DNA of 64,000 nucleotides from Bdellovibrionota bacterium (GCA_965207455.1 CBDBMJ010000001.1:160001-224000), one strand, 5' to 3'. Positions 29,178-40,493 are shown, counted from the stretch's first letter. Program-made: numbers and translations. The notes: generated by a model not told the origin, from the sequence alone.

Positions 29178-30182
29178 ATGAAACTTTCTTCAGAGGCAAT
29201 TTTAATAGAAGCTCGGCGGGTACTCTCAGAGGAGTCACAGGCCCTGTCCTTGGCAGCACAAACCATAGATCAGGGGTTTGCGGATAGTGTGAATTTAGCT
29301 CACAAGGTCCTAACGGCTGGAGGAAAGATAGTGGTGATTGGTGTGGGTAAATCGGGAAATGTGGCTCAGAAGCTTGCTAGCACCCTTACCAGTACGGGCA
29401 GTCTTGCGGTTTATCTCCACCCTACGGAGGCTCTCCATGGAGATATGGGGTTATTAAACTCCAAGGATATTGTCTTTTTATTTTCCAATAGCGGTTCCAC
29501 GGAAGAAATTCTTCGTCTATTGCCCACATTAAAGAGTATTGCTTCTAGCATAGTGGGGGTTTTTGGGAATGTAAACGGTGTGCTGGCAGCGCAGGTGGAT
29601 ATTGTGATTTCTGCTGCTATTTCCAAAGAGGCTTGTCCCCATAATTTAGCGCCCACCACCTCCTCAACGCTACAAATGGCTATTGGAGATGCCCTAGCGA
29701 TGTGTTTGCAAAAGGTGGCTGGTTTTCGTCCCGAGCAATATGCTCAGCTCCACCCTGGAGGGGCTTTGGGTAAGCGTTTGCACACCAAGGTATCGGATTT
29801 AATGCATAAGAAAGATGAAATAGCCCTGCTTTCTCCAGAGGCAAAGATGGAGGATATTATTGTGGCTTTGAGCGATTACCGTCTCAGTGCTATTTGTATT
29901 GTGGATATGGAAGGTAAAGACAGGGATAGGCTCCTTGGGATTATTACGGAAGGGGATTTGCGACGTTCTCTATCCCAGCAGGAGAAATTTTTTCATCTGA
30001 AAGCCAAAGACATTATGACCACAAACCCTCAGACAGTCTTGCCTGAAACAAACGCTTCCGACGCGTTGGAGTTAATGGAGAGCAGGAAATGGCAGTTGAG
30101 TTTTTTGCCTGTTGTGGATGGTGAGGGGAATTGCGTGGGAGCCATTCGAATACATGATGTGGTGTTGGCGGGTTTGCACTAA
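29178..30182 (+). CDS. kdsD: Arabinose-5-phosphate isomerase (KpsF/GutQ)
   Basis: GVGKSG, EALHGDMG, APTTS, HPGGALG, two CBS domains. Confidence 0.9.
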   Translation: MKLSSEAILIEARRVLSEESQALSLAAQTIDQGFADSVNLAHKVLTAGGKIVVIGVGKSGNVAQKLASTLTSTGSLAVYLHPTEALHGDMGLLNSKDIVFLFSNSGSTEEILRLLPTLKSIASSIVGVFGNVNGVLAAQVDIVISAAISKEACPHNLAPTTSSTLQMAIGDALAMCLQKVAGFRPEQYAQLHPGGALGKRLHTKVSDLMHKKDEIALLSPEAKMEDIIVALSDYRLSAICIVDMEGKDRDRLLGIITEGDLRRSLSQQEKFFHLKAKDIMTTNPQTVLPETNASDALELMESRKWQLSFLPVVDGEGNCVGAIRIHDVVLAGLH

Positions 30183-30197
30183 CTTCTAATTTTTTCC

Positions 30198-30878
30198 CTA
30201 CCAAGGGTTGCCGTCGCCAAACAGTGCCTGTTTTATATGCTTTGTAATGATAAATCGAGTATCTAAAAATAGACTTCGTGTGCGTTTATCTGTTGGGTGT
30301 ATAATGCCAATTAAATTACCATGTTTTGCAAACACTCGATTACAGGATTGCTGTAGGTTTTTTTCATTATCCTTGATGGGAAGGATTTTTTTTAAATGAT
30401 CGTAGGCTTCCAACCCTTCGGTTAGTATTAATTTAGGGTTAATCTCTTTAATAATTCTTTGAACTTTTTCTTCACAAAAATATTCCAAGTCTTCTCGTAA
30501 GCTCGCTGGACGCATTTCTTTCCAATCCACAATATTTTTTGTTCTAAAAAAATAGAGGTTAATTCTCACACTTCTTTTTAGTATATCCATTAAGCCCATC
30601 TGGGAAAAAATATCTTTCATTGCTTTGGCAAGGGGATAGTCACTGTTGAAATAAATATGGGAGTTGGGTATGGTTTGGTGATCTTGGATGGGTTCCTCTT
30701 TATTTGGATTAAAGCTAACAATCACCAGTTCTGCATTTTTAACAACAGGTGAGGAAAAAACACAAAAGCCTGCACTTCTCCAGCATTCTCTGTCCACGGG
30801 ACTGTCGAATTGACGTTCCACGTCTTCCCACTTCAGCCTCACTTCATCAACTAATTTTTGAGCCCATTTATTAGACAT
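30198..30878 (-). CDS. Hypothetical protein, possibly uracil-DNA-glycosylase-like fold
   Basis: IVSFNP, INPKLIL..G, IIHPT patterns. Confidence 0.4.
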   Translation of the reverse strand: MSNKWAQKLVDEVRLKWEDVERQFDSPVDRECWRSAGFCVFSSPVVKNAELVIVSFNPNKEEPIQDHQTIPNSHIYFNSDYPLAKAMKDIFSQMGLMDILKRSVRINLYFFRTKNIVDWKEMRPASLREDLEYFCEEKVQRIIKEINPKLILTEGLEAYDHLKKILPIKDNEKNLQQSCNRVFAKHGNLIGIIHPTDKRTRSLFLDTRFIITKHIKQALFGDGNPW

Positions 30879-31040
30879 TGTTTTCTTTTCAACTCCATTT
30901 TGTTGTCTGAACTACTGATCGGACGTGGGAAAAAAAACTAAAAATTAAATTAATTCTAGTGACGGAGGCGAGTGAAAAAATGCCTCGTTTATTGTAAATT
31001 TCTTTGGACTTATTTAAACATGTGTATATACAATGAACTT

Positions 31041-31718
31041 ATGAGTGTAATTTCCAAAAAAATGAACTGTTCTTTTATTCTGTTATTTTCTTTGACCTTG
31101 GGGTTTGTCTCTCCGCTAGCCCTAGCAGATAGGTCAGTCCTAGCACATAGGTCAGCACCAGCAGTTAATGCTGATTGTCAGTCCTCTATTTCTAATTTCT
31201 ACGCCGTTGTGCCTGGAACTATCTATCGGTCGGCACAGCCTCGAGCTCGAGACCTAGCAAGGACCATTGAACAGTGTGGTATCAAAACGGTGCTAAATTT
31301 AAGAGGAGTCAATGCTGGGAAGTCTTGGTACGACGAGGAAGCTCGCATAGTGGAGGAAAAAGGGATAAAGTTAGTTAGTATACCCATGAGTGCGCGTACC
31401 GTACCCACGAAAGAAAACCTCATTACTCTTTTAGATACATTTGAAAATCAGGACAACTATCCCATGTTAGTACATTGTAGGGCAGGGGCCGATCGTTCTG
31501 GAGAGGCCATAGCTATTTATGCTATTGAGTATATGGGTTATACCCATAGGAAAGCAGCTAAAGAAATGCTTCAAATTAAATACCGTCACTTTCATTGGTT
31601 TACTCCAGCCAAACGTTATTTTATTGAGCATGTATACCAAAATCCGGTATGGGCAAGAGAAGAATATAACCACTGTGAGCATGAATATGCTCCATCGTCT
31701 TGTTCTGATACAGAATAG
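31041..31718 (+). CDS. Secreted Cys-dependent tyrosine/dual-specificity phosphatase
   Basis: YRSAQP, VLNLRG, HCRAGADRSG (HCx5R); signal peptide. Confidence 0.85.
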   Translation: MSVISKKMNCSFILLFSLTLGFVSPLALADRSVLAHRSAPAVNADCQSSISNFYAVVPGTIYRSAQPRARDLARTIEQCGIKTVLNLRGVNAGKSWYDEEARIVEEKGIKLVSIPMSARTVPTKENLITLLDTFENQDNYPMLVHCRAGADRSGEAIAIYAIEYMGYTHRKAAKEMLQIKYRHFHWFTPAKRYFIEHVYQNPVWAREEYNHCEHEYAPSSCSDTE

Positions 31719-31739
31719 GCTTTTTTATTTGGCTTATTA

Positions 31740-32294
31740 TTAGTTATTAATTTTATACGCTAAATATTCCATAACTTGATCCCAGCTCATAACCCTCACA
31801 TAAGACTCAGTTTTTTTACAATACCTCCCTTGACCAAAGCAACTAGTAGAAGAGTGATCCTCTACATCTTTGTTATAGTCGTCACAAATTCCTCCCTCCT
31901 GCGTTTTATCCATAGATCGTAGAGCACTCTGGACAGATTCCTTGGTTGCACTTGGAGCAACTCCCCTTTGCAATAGTTCCACTACTAGACTTGTCGCAGA
32001 GTTAGATCCTGAATCAATTTCACCGTGCGCTTCTAATAGAAGTTGGTACACACCTAGAGTATCAGCCTCATTGTGTCCATCGCCTAAACTATTCCAAACA
32101 AAGGCGTAATAGGGAGCACATGTTGAGTTGCTCCTCTGACAGCCTTCCTTTGAATCTGCAAAAGCAGCAGGTTGTACCATAGCCATTGAAATGGCCAATA
32201 TCGTTGTTATTTTTGTTATGTTCATATCTTTTATTCTCCTCACATTATAAGCCATTGAAATGGCCAATATCGTTGTTATTTTTGTTATGTTCAT
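31740..32294 (-). CDS. Secreted Cys-containing orphan protein with duplicated leader
   Basis: MNITKITTILAISMA occurs twice; alternative start at 32225. Confidence 0.7.
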   Translation of the reverse strand: MNITKITTILAISMAYNVRRIKDMNITKITTILAISMAMVQPAAFADSKEGCQRSNSTCAPYYAFVWNSLGDGHNEADTLGVYQLLLEAHGEIDSGSNSATSLVVELLQRGVAPSATKESVQSALRSMDKTQEGGICDDYNKDVEDHSSTSCFGQGRYCKKTESYVRVMSWDQVMEYLAYKINN

Positions 32295-32318
32295 ATCTTT
32301 TATTCTCCTCACATTATA
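32181..32318. repeat. Perfect 69-bp tandem duplication of RBS plus signal-peptide start
   Basis: 32181-32249 = 32250-32318. Confidence 0.95.
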
Positions 32319-32462
32319 AAAAGTACCGCTTTGTTAGAGGGGGATACGTTACCCTTATGCATAATGTCTAGCATGATAAACGCACTGAGTCAAGTATTAC
32401 TTTGACTTTTTTTTGTCTAGTTTTGTTGAGGATTGCAAGTGGCTGTTTTTATTGAGGGTGTT

Positions 32463-34673
32463 TTAGGAAAGATCCAGCATCTCGTAATATTTAGGTAATA
32501 TCCAGTAAGGATCCCCCACGAGGCTTTCCAGTTGATCGGCTGCTGTACGGACTTCTTCTATAGCGGGTAGGACTGATTGGGTAAGCGCTATAATAGTTTT
32601 ATTGGCTTCCCCCTCCCTATCAATAGCATTCATCTCGGTTTCCAAGGTATTGCGGGCCTTGAGTAATTGGCTAATGAGATTGGAAAGTTTTCTAATAGTA
32701 TCTTCTTGGGGGGCAGTGATTGCTTTAGGAATGGATTTTGTGTTTTGTACGGTTTTTGCTAGATCGCCCATGTACTGTGACGATACGGGAAAAACAAACT
32801 GATCCACGAGCATCAGCATTGTTTTTGCCTCAATATAAGCTTTCTTCTCATACGTTTCACAACGAACAAGGAGACGGCTTTGTTGCTCCTGCTCGGATAA
32901 AATTTTAAATTTCTCAAATAAATTTTTTGTCTCAGGATAGGAATAGGCCTCCATGGCGTGGGCCGTGTTTTTTAAGTGCTTTAATCCCTGCTTTTCAGCT
33001 TGCACCAACCACTCCTGGCTGTAGTTATTGCCTTCAAAACAAATGGGCTCAGCCTCTAGTAAGGCTTCCTTTATTATTTCCAATAAAACTTTTTGTTTGT
33101 CGGGAGCATCCACATAACGGCTTTCCAGCTTGTCGTTTATTTCAGATAAGGATTCTGCCACAGCAGCACTTAAACAAGTCATGGACCAGTTGCAGGAGGC
33201 AGAGGATCCAACGGCACGAAACTCAAATTTATCTCCAGTGAAGGCAAAGGGAGAGGTGCGGTTTCTGTCCGTATTGTCCTTTTTAATTTTAGCGATGAGG
33301 GGAAGTCCCAGGTCAATAATTGATTTGTGTGGACTGGTCATCTCCTTGCCTGCCTTTATCTCCTTTAGGGTTTTAGTGAGTTCATCGCCTAAAAATACAC
33401 TCATAATGGCTGGAGGAGCTTCGTGGGCACCTAAGCGTTTGTCGTTGCCCAGGCTTGCAATGGAAGCTCCTAGTAGACCGTTGTGTTTATGAATCGCCTT
33501 GAGAACCGCTCCTAACATAACTAGGAAACGCATTCTTTCTTGGGTTGTCTCGCCGGGCTTTAAAAGATTTTCACCCGTATCCGTAACCATGGACCAGTTA
33601 TTGTGCTTGCCACTTCCATTGAGTCCTTCAAATGGTTTTTCATGGAGTAGGAGGAAGAGGTGGTGCCGTTTGGCCACTTTTTCCAATATTTTCATGATCA
33701 CATAATTGTGATCCACGGAAACACTTCCTCGTTCAAAAATTGTGGCTAATTCAAACTGACAGGGAGCTACCTCACTATGACGAGTTTTTGCCGGGATACC
33801 CAAACGGTATAACTCGAATTCCACTTCTTCCATAAAGGATTGCACCCGGGGAGGAATGGAAGAAAAGTAGTGATCCTCTAATTCCTGTCCCTTGGCAGGA
33901 GGGGCTCCAATTAAAGTACGACCAGTGAGTTTTATATCGGGACGTAGGGAGGCTAGACCGTCATCGATAAGAAAATATTCCTGTTCTAACCCAAGAGTTG
34001 TGTGCACTTGCTTTACATCTTTATTTCCTAATAGAGACTGAGTTTTTGTGGCTACTGTATTCATGACTTGTAGGGCGCGGATCATGGGAATTTTTTCGTC
34101 CAGTGCGGGACCACGATAACTAATAAAAACAGCGGGAATATAAACGGTACGCCCGTTAGTGTTTTCCATGAGAAAGATTGGACTGGAAAGATCCCAAGCC
34201 GTATAGCCCCGGGCTTTTGCCGTAGTGTGCACGCCACCTGAGGGAAAGCTAGAGGCGTCCGGCTCAGACTGGATCAATTGGGAACCCAGCAGTTTTTCTA
34301 AGGGCTTGCTATTTTTGTCGAAGGAAAGGAGGGCATCATGCTTTTCTGCCACAGAACCCGTCATGGGCTGGAACCAATGACAAAAGTGGGTGGCCCCTCG
34401 CTCAATGGCCCAAGATCTCAGTACGGAAGCAATTTTTTCCGCTAAAGGGCTATCTTCTAAAGAGTCGCCCCGTTGCAAAAGTTCGCTCAACTTCTTACCT
34501 TCAGAAGCATCCAGACTTTTTTGGATGGCGTGAATATCTATGGAATAGGAACCAAAATAAGAGGTGACTGGGAGGATTCTGCCCAGGTCATTTTTGGGGA
34601 TATTTATTGCATGGGGTTTGCGGTACAGACTATCTCGAATGGCGGTGGTACGTGCTCTGGTGTTGTCTAACAT
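32463..34673 (-). CDS. glnA: Glutamine synthetase type III
   Basis: HWFQP, EPDASSFP, HEKPF.G.NGSGKH, DRNRTSPFAFTG.KFEFR. Confidence 0.95.
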   Translation of the reverse strand: MLDNTRARTTAIRDSLYRKPHAINIPKNDLGRILPVTSYFGSYSIDIHAIQKSLDASEGKKLSELLQRGDSLEDSPLAEKIASVLRSWAIERGATHFCHWFQPMTGSVAEKHDALLSFDKNSKPLEKLLGSQLIQSEPDASSFPSGGVHTTAKARGYTAWDLSSPIFLMENTNGRTVYIPAVFISYRGPALDEKIPMIRALQVMNTVATKTQSLLGNKDVKQVHTTLGLEQEYFLIDDGLASLRPDIKLTGRTLIGAPPAKGQELEDHYFSSIPPRVQSFMEEVEFELYRLGIPAKTRHSEVAPCQFELATIFERGSVSVDHNYVIMKILEKVAKRHHLFLLLHEKPFEGLNGSGKHNNWSMVTDTGENLLKPGETTQERMRFLVMLGAVLKAIHKHNGLLGASIASLGNDKRLGAHEAPPAIMSVFLGDELTKTLKEIKAGKEMTSPHKSIIDLGLPLIAKIKKDNTDRNRTSPFAFTGDKFEFRAVGSSASCNWSMTCLSAAVAESLSEINDKLESRYVDAPDKQKVLLEIIKEALLEAEPICFEGNNYSQEWLVQAEKQGLKHLKNTAHAMEAYSYPETKNLFEKFKILSEQEQQSRLLVRCETYEKKAYIEAKTMLMLVDQFVFPVSSQYMGDLAKTVQNTKSIPKAITAPQEDTIRKLSNLISQLLKARNTLETEMNAIDREGEANKTIIALTQSVLPAIEEVRTAADQLESLVGDPYWILPKYYEMLDLS

Positions 34674-34791
34674 AGGGAACTCTGCATTACAGGTACGGTA
34701 TCACACTGGAAATAAAAAAAAAGACTTAATTCTTCCCAGCTATTTAGTTTAAACTTTAGGTAAGGAATGTAGGAAATTAGAGGGGTATGGA

Positions 34792-35370
34792 TTGATGTGT
34801 AGATCTGGAAGTTTGTTATATTGGGGGGGATTTTTCGTAGGGCTATTTGCGTGGTGTTCCATGGGCTTGGCCCATGCCTCCCTTTCCAAACGCCTTAGTC
34901 CCAGGCAAAGTGACGTAATCCAGTCCTATGTACGTGAAGCAGCAGCTCGGGAACGCCTAGAAGCCTCATTTATTTTAGCTATTATACGAGTGGAATCCGC
35001 CTTTAACTATAGGGCTGTTTCCCATGCTGGAGCGATTGGGTTGATGCAGATTATGCCAAAGACAGCCAAGGAGTTGGGCGCATTGGAGGCATTGGATCGT
35101 AGTAACCCCAGAGCAAATATTATGGCAGGCAGCCGCCTTATTCGAAGACTCATTAACCGTTACCGTGGAAATATAAAACTTGCTTTGGCTGCGTACAATG
35201 CGGGTCCCAGTGCAGTGAAACGTTATGGAGGGATTCCACCCTACCGGGAAACTCAAAACTATGTGAAGAAAGTGCTGCGGGAGTGGCGTCGCCAGAGAAC
35301 CCTATCCCTGTTGGCGCTTTTTCCTCCAAATAATAAAAGCAACAAGGGCCGCGCCTCCAATAAGAAGTAA
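34792..35370 (+). CDS. Lytic transglycosylase (SLT domain)
   Basis: ES.FN, GLMQIMP, AAYNAG, ETQNYV. Confidence 0.9.
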   Translation: MMCRSGSLLYWGGFFVGLFAWCSMGLAHASLSKRLSPRQSDVIQSYVREAAARERLEASFILAIIRVESAFNYRAVSHAGAIGLMQIMPKTAKELGALEALDRSNPRANIMAGSRLIRRLINRYRGNIKLALAAYNAGPSAVKRYGGIPPYRETQNYVKKVLREWRRQRTLSLLALFPPNNKSNKGRASNKK

Positions 35371-36081
35371 AGTGAAGAGATCATCGTCGCCTTGCTGTTT
35401 TCTTAATTTTGCACATTGCCCGGTTTTAGGGTGACGTTTGTATCCTTTCGGGCAGGAAGCTTCGTCGGGAAAGAGGTCGGCATCATCTTCCTCTAGGTCC
35501 AAGTCCAGGTCTGAGATACTATTGGGATCCACATTGATGTCCCCTGGTTTACGAAAAGCGCGTAAAGATTGTATCATGCCCTCAATATCGGCCAGGTACT
35601 CTTTGTATTTATCTTTTCGAACGCTGAAGGTGACTAGGATGCCTAAGTCGGACTCTATGGTGCCCAAATAACGGGTAAAAAATCCAGGTATTTCACTTTG
35701 AAAGTGTAGGGCGTCCACCCACTCTTTTCCCGCTATGGTACGACTTTTCACATAGCGACGCTTCGATTTGTACTTTTGCCCACTGGGGGTTTTATTGGTT
35801 CGATTTACTTCGAGCTTGGCCTTATACACTGCCAACTCATCCTCGCCCACCTTACGGATTTTAGCGGCCAGTACGATAATGGCCTCTCGTTTTTTTTGCT
35901 CGTCGGTACTTTGGCAAACCCATTCGCCACCATTGAGAATACAGGACCATTTTGCGGGCAATTGAAATTCTACAAATTTATTGGAAAATACCTTTCCCTG
36001 GGCATGGATGGGTAGAAAACTCATTCCAAATATAGCTAAGAATAAGAGGGGGATGCTGCTTTTTTTCTTTGGATTGCTCAT
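35302..36081 (-). CDS. Exported protein with C-terminal TM anchor and basic tail
   Basis: Signal peptide; C-terminal LLIGGAALVAFIIWRKKR. Confidence 0.65.
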   Translation of the reverse strand: MSNPKKKSSIPLLFLAIFGMSFLPIHAQGKVFSNKFVEFQLPAKWSCILNGGEWVCQSTDEQKKREAIIVLAAKIRKVGEDELAVYKAKLEVNRTNKTPSGQKYKSKRRYVKSRTIAGKEWVDALHFQSEIPGFFTRYLGTIESDLGILVTFSVRKDKYKEYLADIEGMIQSLRAFRKPGDINVDPNSISDLDLDLEEDDADLFPDEASCPKGYKRHPKTGQCAKLRKQQGDDDLFTLLLIGGAALVAFIIWRKKRQQG

Positions 36082-36131
36082 ATTTTTATTAAAACAGATA
36101 GCGTGGGAAAAATCACCTACTATTATTCTCC

Positions 36132-37418
36132 CTATGGGCTGGTACTCTTTTTCAGGTATTTAGCGATCATTCCCCTGAGAATGAGAACATCCTCGTCATA
36201 GGTGCGCCGTATTTTTAGGAAAGCGGAGTTTTCTTTGAGTGCAGCTACAGCAGCCTCGGCAATAACTTCAGAGGAGTTACGGTCTCTAAAAATATGAAAA
36301 ACATCATCTATTTTTAGTTTCGAGCTACTCCCCAGACCAATTTTAACAAAATTTCCTTTTTGACTGACTTTTAGTATGGGTGTTTTCCAGCGATAGCGCT
36401 CAACTTCGTCGTCGTCGTATTCCTCTTTCTCTTTTTCTATCTCTTCGTCTTCCGCTATTTCCTCCAGTCGACTTATTTTATCTTTCAATGGAATGGGCTT
36501 CTTTTTCTTTTCTGGTTTGAAGCGATAACGAATATTTAGAGCAAGGGCTTTGGTATGGGCTGCTCGGCTTCCCAGCAGTTCCTCTGAGTAGGCAAGGGAA
36601 AATCCCCAGGGGCTTTTCTTTTTTTCCATTCCCATGCCTAGATGAAAACTGTGGCGTAATGGGTTTTTGGAGACATACAGAAGGCTTGATGTGGATTCGT
36701 CGAGTTTTCCAGTATCATTTGCCTCACCAAAGACACCGGAGAGTTCCAACCAAAGTTTGGGGAGCCATTTTTTTCCTGTGATATAGATATCTCCCCGTAG
36801 GCTATAGGGAAACTGTTGGGCATAACCGGAGTTGCGCTTAAGAATACCTGTAGCGAAGCTTAAATCTAGTTGTGGTACTACGAGCCAGGCAAATGTAACC
36901 ATGGCCTGGATGTCCGTGCTGGTATCTATTGGGGAGGGTGTTGCGTCTTTGGGTACTTGGGGAAGGGTTACGGAGAGTTCTGTGACAGCTTGGAACTTAT
37001 CTTTAGATTTCTTGGTCTTTCTGAACTTTTGGGATGGGGGATTGCTACGAGTAGCAAGAGCATAGCGTATTCCAAGGGAGTGGCTCTTCAGCCCCGTAAA
37101 TTTTGTTTTTGTGTCCCGGTGGAAGTCGCTGTTTATTCGGCTAAGAGTGGATTGCAAAAAGAAGGAGAATCGAGTGCTGGGAAAATAACGGACTCTAAGG
37201 GTGGTGCTTAGATCGGAAATGGTACCATCGCTTTTTTTAAACAGAGCGCCCTTAGCGTTGAAGTTTTGCTCAGAGGTGAGGTAGCTAAAGTCCATGGATA
37301 GGTCAAGGGAGCCAGAGGGGAGAGACCAGTTTTGGGGAGCTTCTGAGGCAAAAGAGGCCTGGATTCCAGAAAAAAGGGAGAAAAAGACTGAAAATAGGAG
37401 TATTAAGAAAAAATTCAT
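36132..37418 (-). CDS. Putative outer-membrane beta-barrel protein
   Basis: Signal peptide; alternating amphipathic strands. Confidence 0.55.
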   Translation of the reverse strand: MNFFLILLFSVFFSLFSGIQASFASEAPQNWSLPSGSLDLSMDFSYLTSEQNFNAKGALFKKSDGTISDLSTTLRVRYFPSTRFSFFLQSTLSRINSDFHRDTKTKFTGLKSHSLGIRYALATRSNPPSQKFRKTKKSKDKFQAVTELSVTLPQVPKDATPSPIDTSTDIQAMVTFAWLVVPQLDLSFATGILKRNSGYAQQFPYSLRGDIYITGKKWLPKLWLELSGVFGEANDTGKLDESTSSLLYVSKNPLRHSFHLGMGMEKKKSPWGFSLAYSEELLGSRAAHTKALALNIRYRFKPEKKKKPIPLKDKISRLEEIAEDEEIEKEKEEYDDDEVERYRWKTPILKVSQKGNFVKIGLGSSSKLKIDDVFHIFRDRNSSEVIAEAAVAALKENSAFLKIRRTYDEDVLILRGMIAKYLKKSTSP

Positions 37419-37612
37419 CCCTTTTTATGATGAAGGAAAATAGGCTAATATGCAATATTTTTGGGCATTTAGGGGGTTTTTCTTCCCCGGCGGATTAAAA
37501 TTTCATTATTAAGTCAATTAAACCTTATTGAATTTAGATAATCTGTGCTATCTTCATGCCTTAGTTAGTTACTTTAGTTAAACAATAGAAAGAAAGAGGA
37601 TAGAAATAATTT

Positions 37613-37972
<360 letters not shown>

Positions 37973-38025
37973 ACGAAAATAATTCACACATACATTTATT
38001 ATAGTTAAGTCTGCTTTTGTAGTTA

Positions 38026-39117
38026 CTATGTAACGGGCAGGCTTTGTATTTTATCTGCTAGGCCATCAAGGTGGGTGTGCTTGGCAGTTGTTGGGAACGT
38101 CCACTGGGATACTGAATTTTTCGACACTAAAGGGATCGTAGTGGAAAAATCAAAATCACTTCTAAAGATTTTCTTCTTCAGGGTTTTTCCCTGCCATGCA
38201 TGGGAGCATAGGGTGTTCTTTAGTATTTGCACTCGCTCAAATAGAACGGAGTCTTGAAACTCGCCAAAGCTGCGATGGAGCACTCGTCGGCTGGATCGTA
38301 TTTTCTTAGAAATTTCATGGTTATCTCCCCACTCGTCGTTAGAGAGGGGAAAAATCCAGGAAGATATTTGCTGGTTATTTGGAGCCAGCGACTGATCCCG
38401 GTTACTTACAAATGCCCCCATTAGGTAGCAAGGTTCTTGCTTGTGTTTTTGCTCGCTATTCATGGCAAGTGCCAGTGTTTCTGTAAACTCGCTGATGCTT
38501 TTTTTGTGGGCAAATTCCAAGGTTACTGCAGGTGTAAAAAGGGTGGGGGTTTTTTCCGATCCATCTCCTGTAATTATTTTTTGAAAGCCAGAGGGGTTTA
38601 TGGTCCACAGGCATTCTTTGCATTGTATGTCCAAGTTATTGGCAGTTTGTATGGCAATGCGATCATTGGATTCCATGGTGATCTTTGTAAGAGGGGCTTC
38701 GTATTGAATGCGGAAGTTTTTCTTGGATAGAATATCTTGAACAAAACCAGCAAGTCCTCCTTGGGGCATGGCTCCCACAGGCTGGGCAAAGTGGTTTTCC
38801 CAGGGGGGGAGGTTTTCCGCTGGCTGCCAGCTTTTCGACTTATAGGTGATGCAATTCCCATTGGAAATACTTATTTCGTTATAGGGCAAGTCTATTTTTT
38901 TATAGAGTTGTTCCCATGCTTTCCAAGGAAGCACTCCCATGCCAGAACCCAGTTGGAAGCCTTCTCGTTTACTGGGAGACCAGTAGCCGCCTGCCGTGGT
39001 AGAGGTTTCCACTACCAGTACATCTTGACCCATTTGAGCTCGCAGGGAGGCAATGAATAGACCTGTAATTCCTGCTCCAACAATTACAGTGTCTGCTTGT
39101 ATTGTTTTATCTTTCAT
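38026..39117 (-). CDS. FAD-dependent oxidoreductase
   Basis: VIVGAGITG..VVE..GG Rossmann motif. Confidence 0.7.
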   Translation of the reverse strand: MKDKTIQADTVIVGAGITGLFIASLRAQMGQDVLVVETSTTAGGYWSPSKREGFQLGSGMGVLPWKAWEQLYKKIDLPYNEISISNGNCITYKSKSWQPAENLPPWENHFAQPVGAMPQGGLAGFVQDILSKKNFRIQYEAPLTKITMESNDRIAIQTANNLDIQCKECLWTINPSGFQKIITGDGSEKTPTLFTPAVTLEFAHKKSISEFTETLALAMNSEQKHKQEPCYLMGAFVSNRDQSLAPNNQQISSWIFPLSNDEWGDNHEISKKIRSSRRVLHRSFGEFQDSVLFERVQILKNTLCSHAWQGKTLKKKIFRSDFDFSTTIPLVSKNSVSQWTFPTTAKHTHLDGLADKIQSLPVT

Positions 39118-39122
39118 GGGGT

Positions 39123-40493
39123 CTAGTAAACCCTCAGGGTAGAACCCAGTTGTAGTAGGCGGTGTCTGTGAATCCCGTTCCATCGTTTCAGTTGTCTCAC
39201 AGTTACGGAGTATCGTCTAGAGAGTTCATACAGAGTATCTCCCTTTTTTATAACATGGACAATAAATTTCTTTCCTAGGCTGGCGAGCCCTCTCTTTGCT
39301 TTTTTTCTTTTTGTGACCTGCCTTCGGACTTGCTTTCGTTTTTTAAAGATTTTTGTTCCCTTAGCAATGGGAAGTATTAAGGAGCGGCCTGGGCGGATCC
39401 TGTGGGCATTGGACATATTATTAAAGGCCATAATATGGCGTACTCCTACTCGAAAGCGACGTGCAATTTGAGAGAGATTATCTCCCCGACGTATCCGGTA
39501 GCGCACAAATTCTTTGTAAGTGCCCAAGGTTTTATTTTTTTGGGCTGATAGTAGGCATTGATAGGCTTTTTCATGGGGCACTCGAACGTTATAATTTTTT
39601 CTTGGAGGAGTTATTCCTAGCAGTAGTTCTGGATTAAGAGCATACATTTCTTTTTTGGGAATACTGCAAACCTTGGCAATGGTTTCAATAGATTCTGGGG
39701 AGCGAAGGGGAACAAGTTTTGTTTGTGTCCAAGTGGGAGCATAGCTTGGTTTTTTAAAGCCAAAGGCTTCGGCATTTTTTGTGACGATGGCAGCAGCCAT
39801 TATTTTCGGTACATAGTTGCGTGTCTCCTTACGTATGGCTCGTTTTTTGGAGAGCACCCAGAAATTTTTTGTATTATAGCGACGTATGCCTTTCATCAGT
39901 CTGCCCTCTCCCCCATTGTAGGAGGCCATGGCAATTTCCCAGGAATCAAATTTATTGTACAGGTAGCTTAGGTAACGAATGGCTGAGTCTGTGGATTTTG
40001 TTGGGTCTCTTCGCTCGTCATACCACCAGTTTTTGCTCAAGCCATAGCGTCGTCCCGTTCCAGAAATAAATTGCCAAGTGCCCACAGCATTGGCACTGGA
40101 TCGTGCGCGGTGATTAAAGCCACTTTCTATCATAGCCATGAAAATTAAATCTTTCGGGAGCCCAGCTTTTTCTAGTTTAGGGTAAATCAGTGGTCCCATA
40201 TGTCCGTAGCGTTCCAAGTAGCGAGAGAATACTTTTCGTCCCTTTCCCGTAAAGTAGCGTACCCAGAATTCCACATGTTTGTTTTTTGTAATAGGTATGT
40301 CGAAATCCGTGTTGTCTAATTCCACGCCGAGTATTTCATCACCCAGTGGATTTTGGTCATTGCGGGTGTGGACGCCACCGCCAAAGAGTCCTCCATGGGG
40401 AGCTATATTTAATATTCCAATACTATTTTTGTAGGTGCCGGTGCAGGCAGTGGCTAGGAAAGAAAAGAGTAAAAGAAAAAGAGATTTCATCAT
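39123..40493 (-). CDS. mltD: Membrane-bound lytic murein transglycosylase D (SLT plus LysM)
   Basis: IESGF, GTWQF, DERRD, SYNGG, ETRNYVPK; LysM repeats; lipobox. Confidence 0.9.
   Translation of the reverse strand: MMKSLFLLLFSFLATACTGTYKNSIGILNIAPHGGLFGGGVHTRNDQNPLGDEILGVELDNTDFDIPITKNKHVEFWVRYFTGKGRKVFSRYLERYGHMGPLIYPKLEKAGLPKDLIFMAMIESGFNHRARSSANAVGTWQFISGTGRRYGLSKNWWYDERRDPTKSTDSAIRYLSYLYNKFDSWEIAMASYNGGEGRLMKGIRRYNTKNFWVLSKKRAIRKETRNYVPKIMAAAIVTKNAEAFGFKKPSYAPTWTQTKLVPLRSPESIETIAKVCSIPKKEMYALNPELLLGITPPRKNYNVRVPHEKAYQCLLSAQKNKTLGTYKEFVRYRIRRGDNLSQIARRFRVGVRHIMAFNNMSNAHRIRPGRSLILPIAKGTKIFKKRKQVRRQVTKRKKAKRGLASLGKKFIVHVIKKGDTLYELSRRYSVTVRQLKRWNGIHRHRLLQLGSTLRVY

Noticed and set aside
32354..32381. 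dif-like 28-mer (..GCATAA TGTCTA GCATGATAAAC)
   Set aside because: The XerD arm deviates from TTATGTTAAAT at several positions, and the sequence coincides with the promoter region of the adjacent gene.
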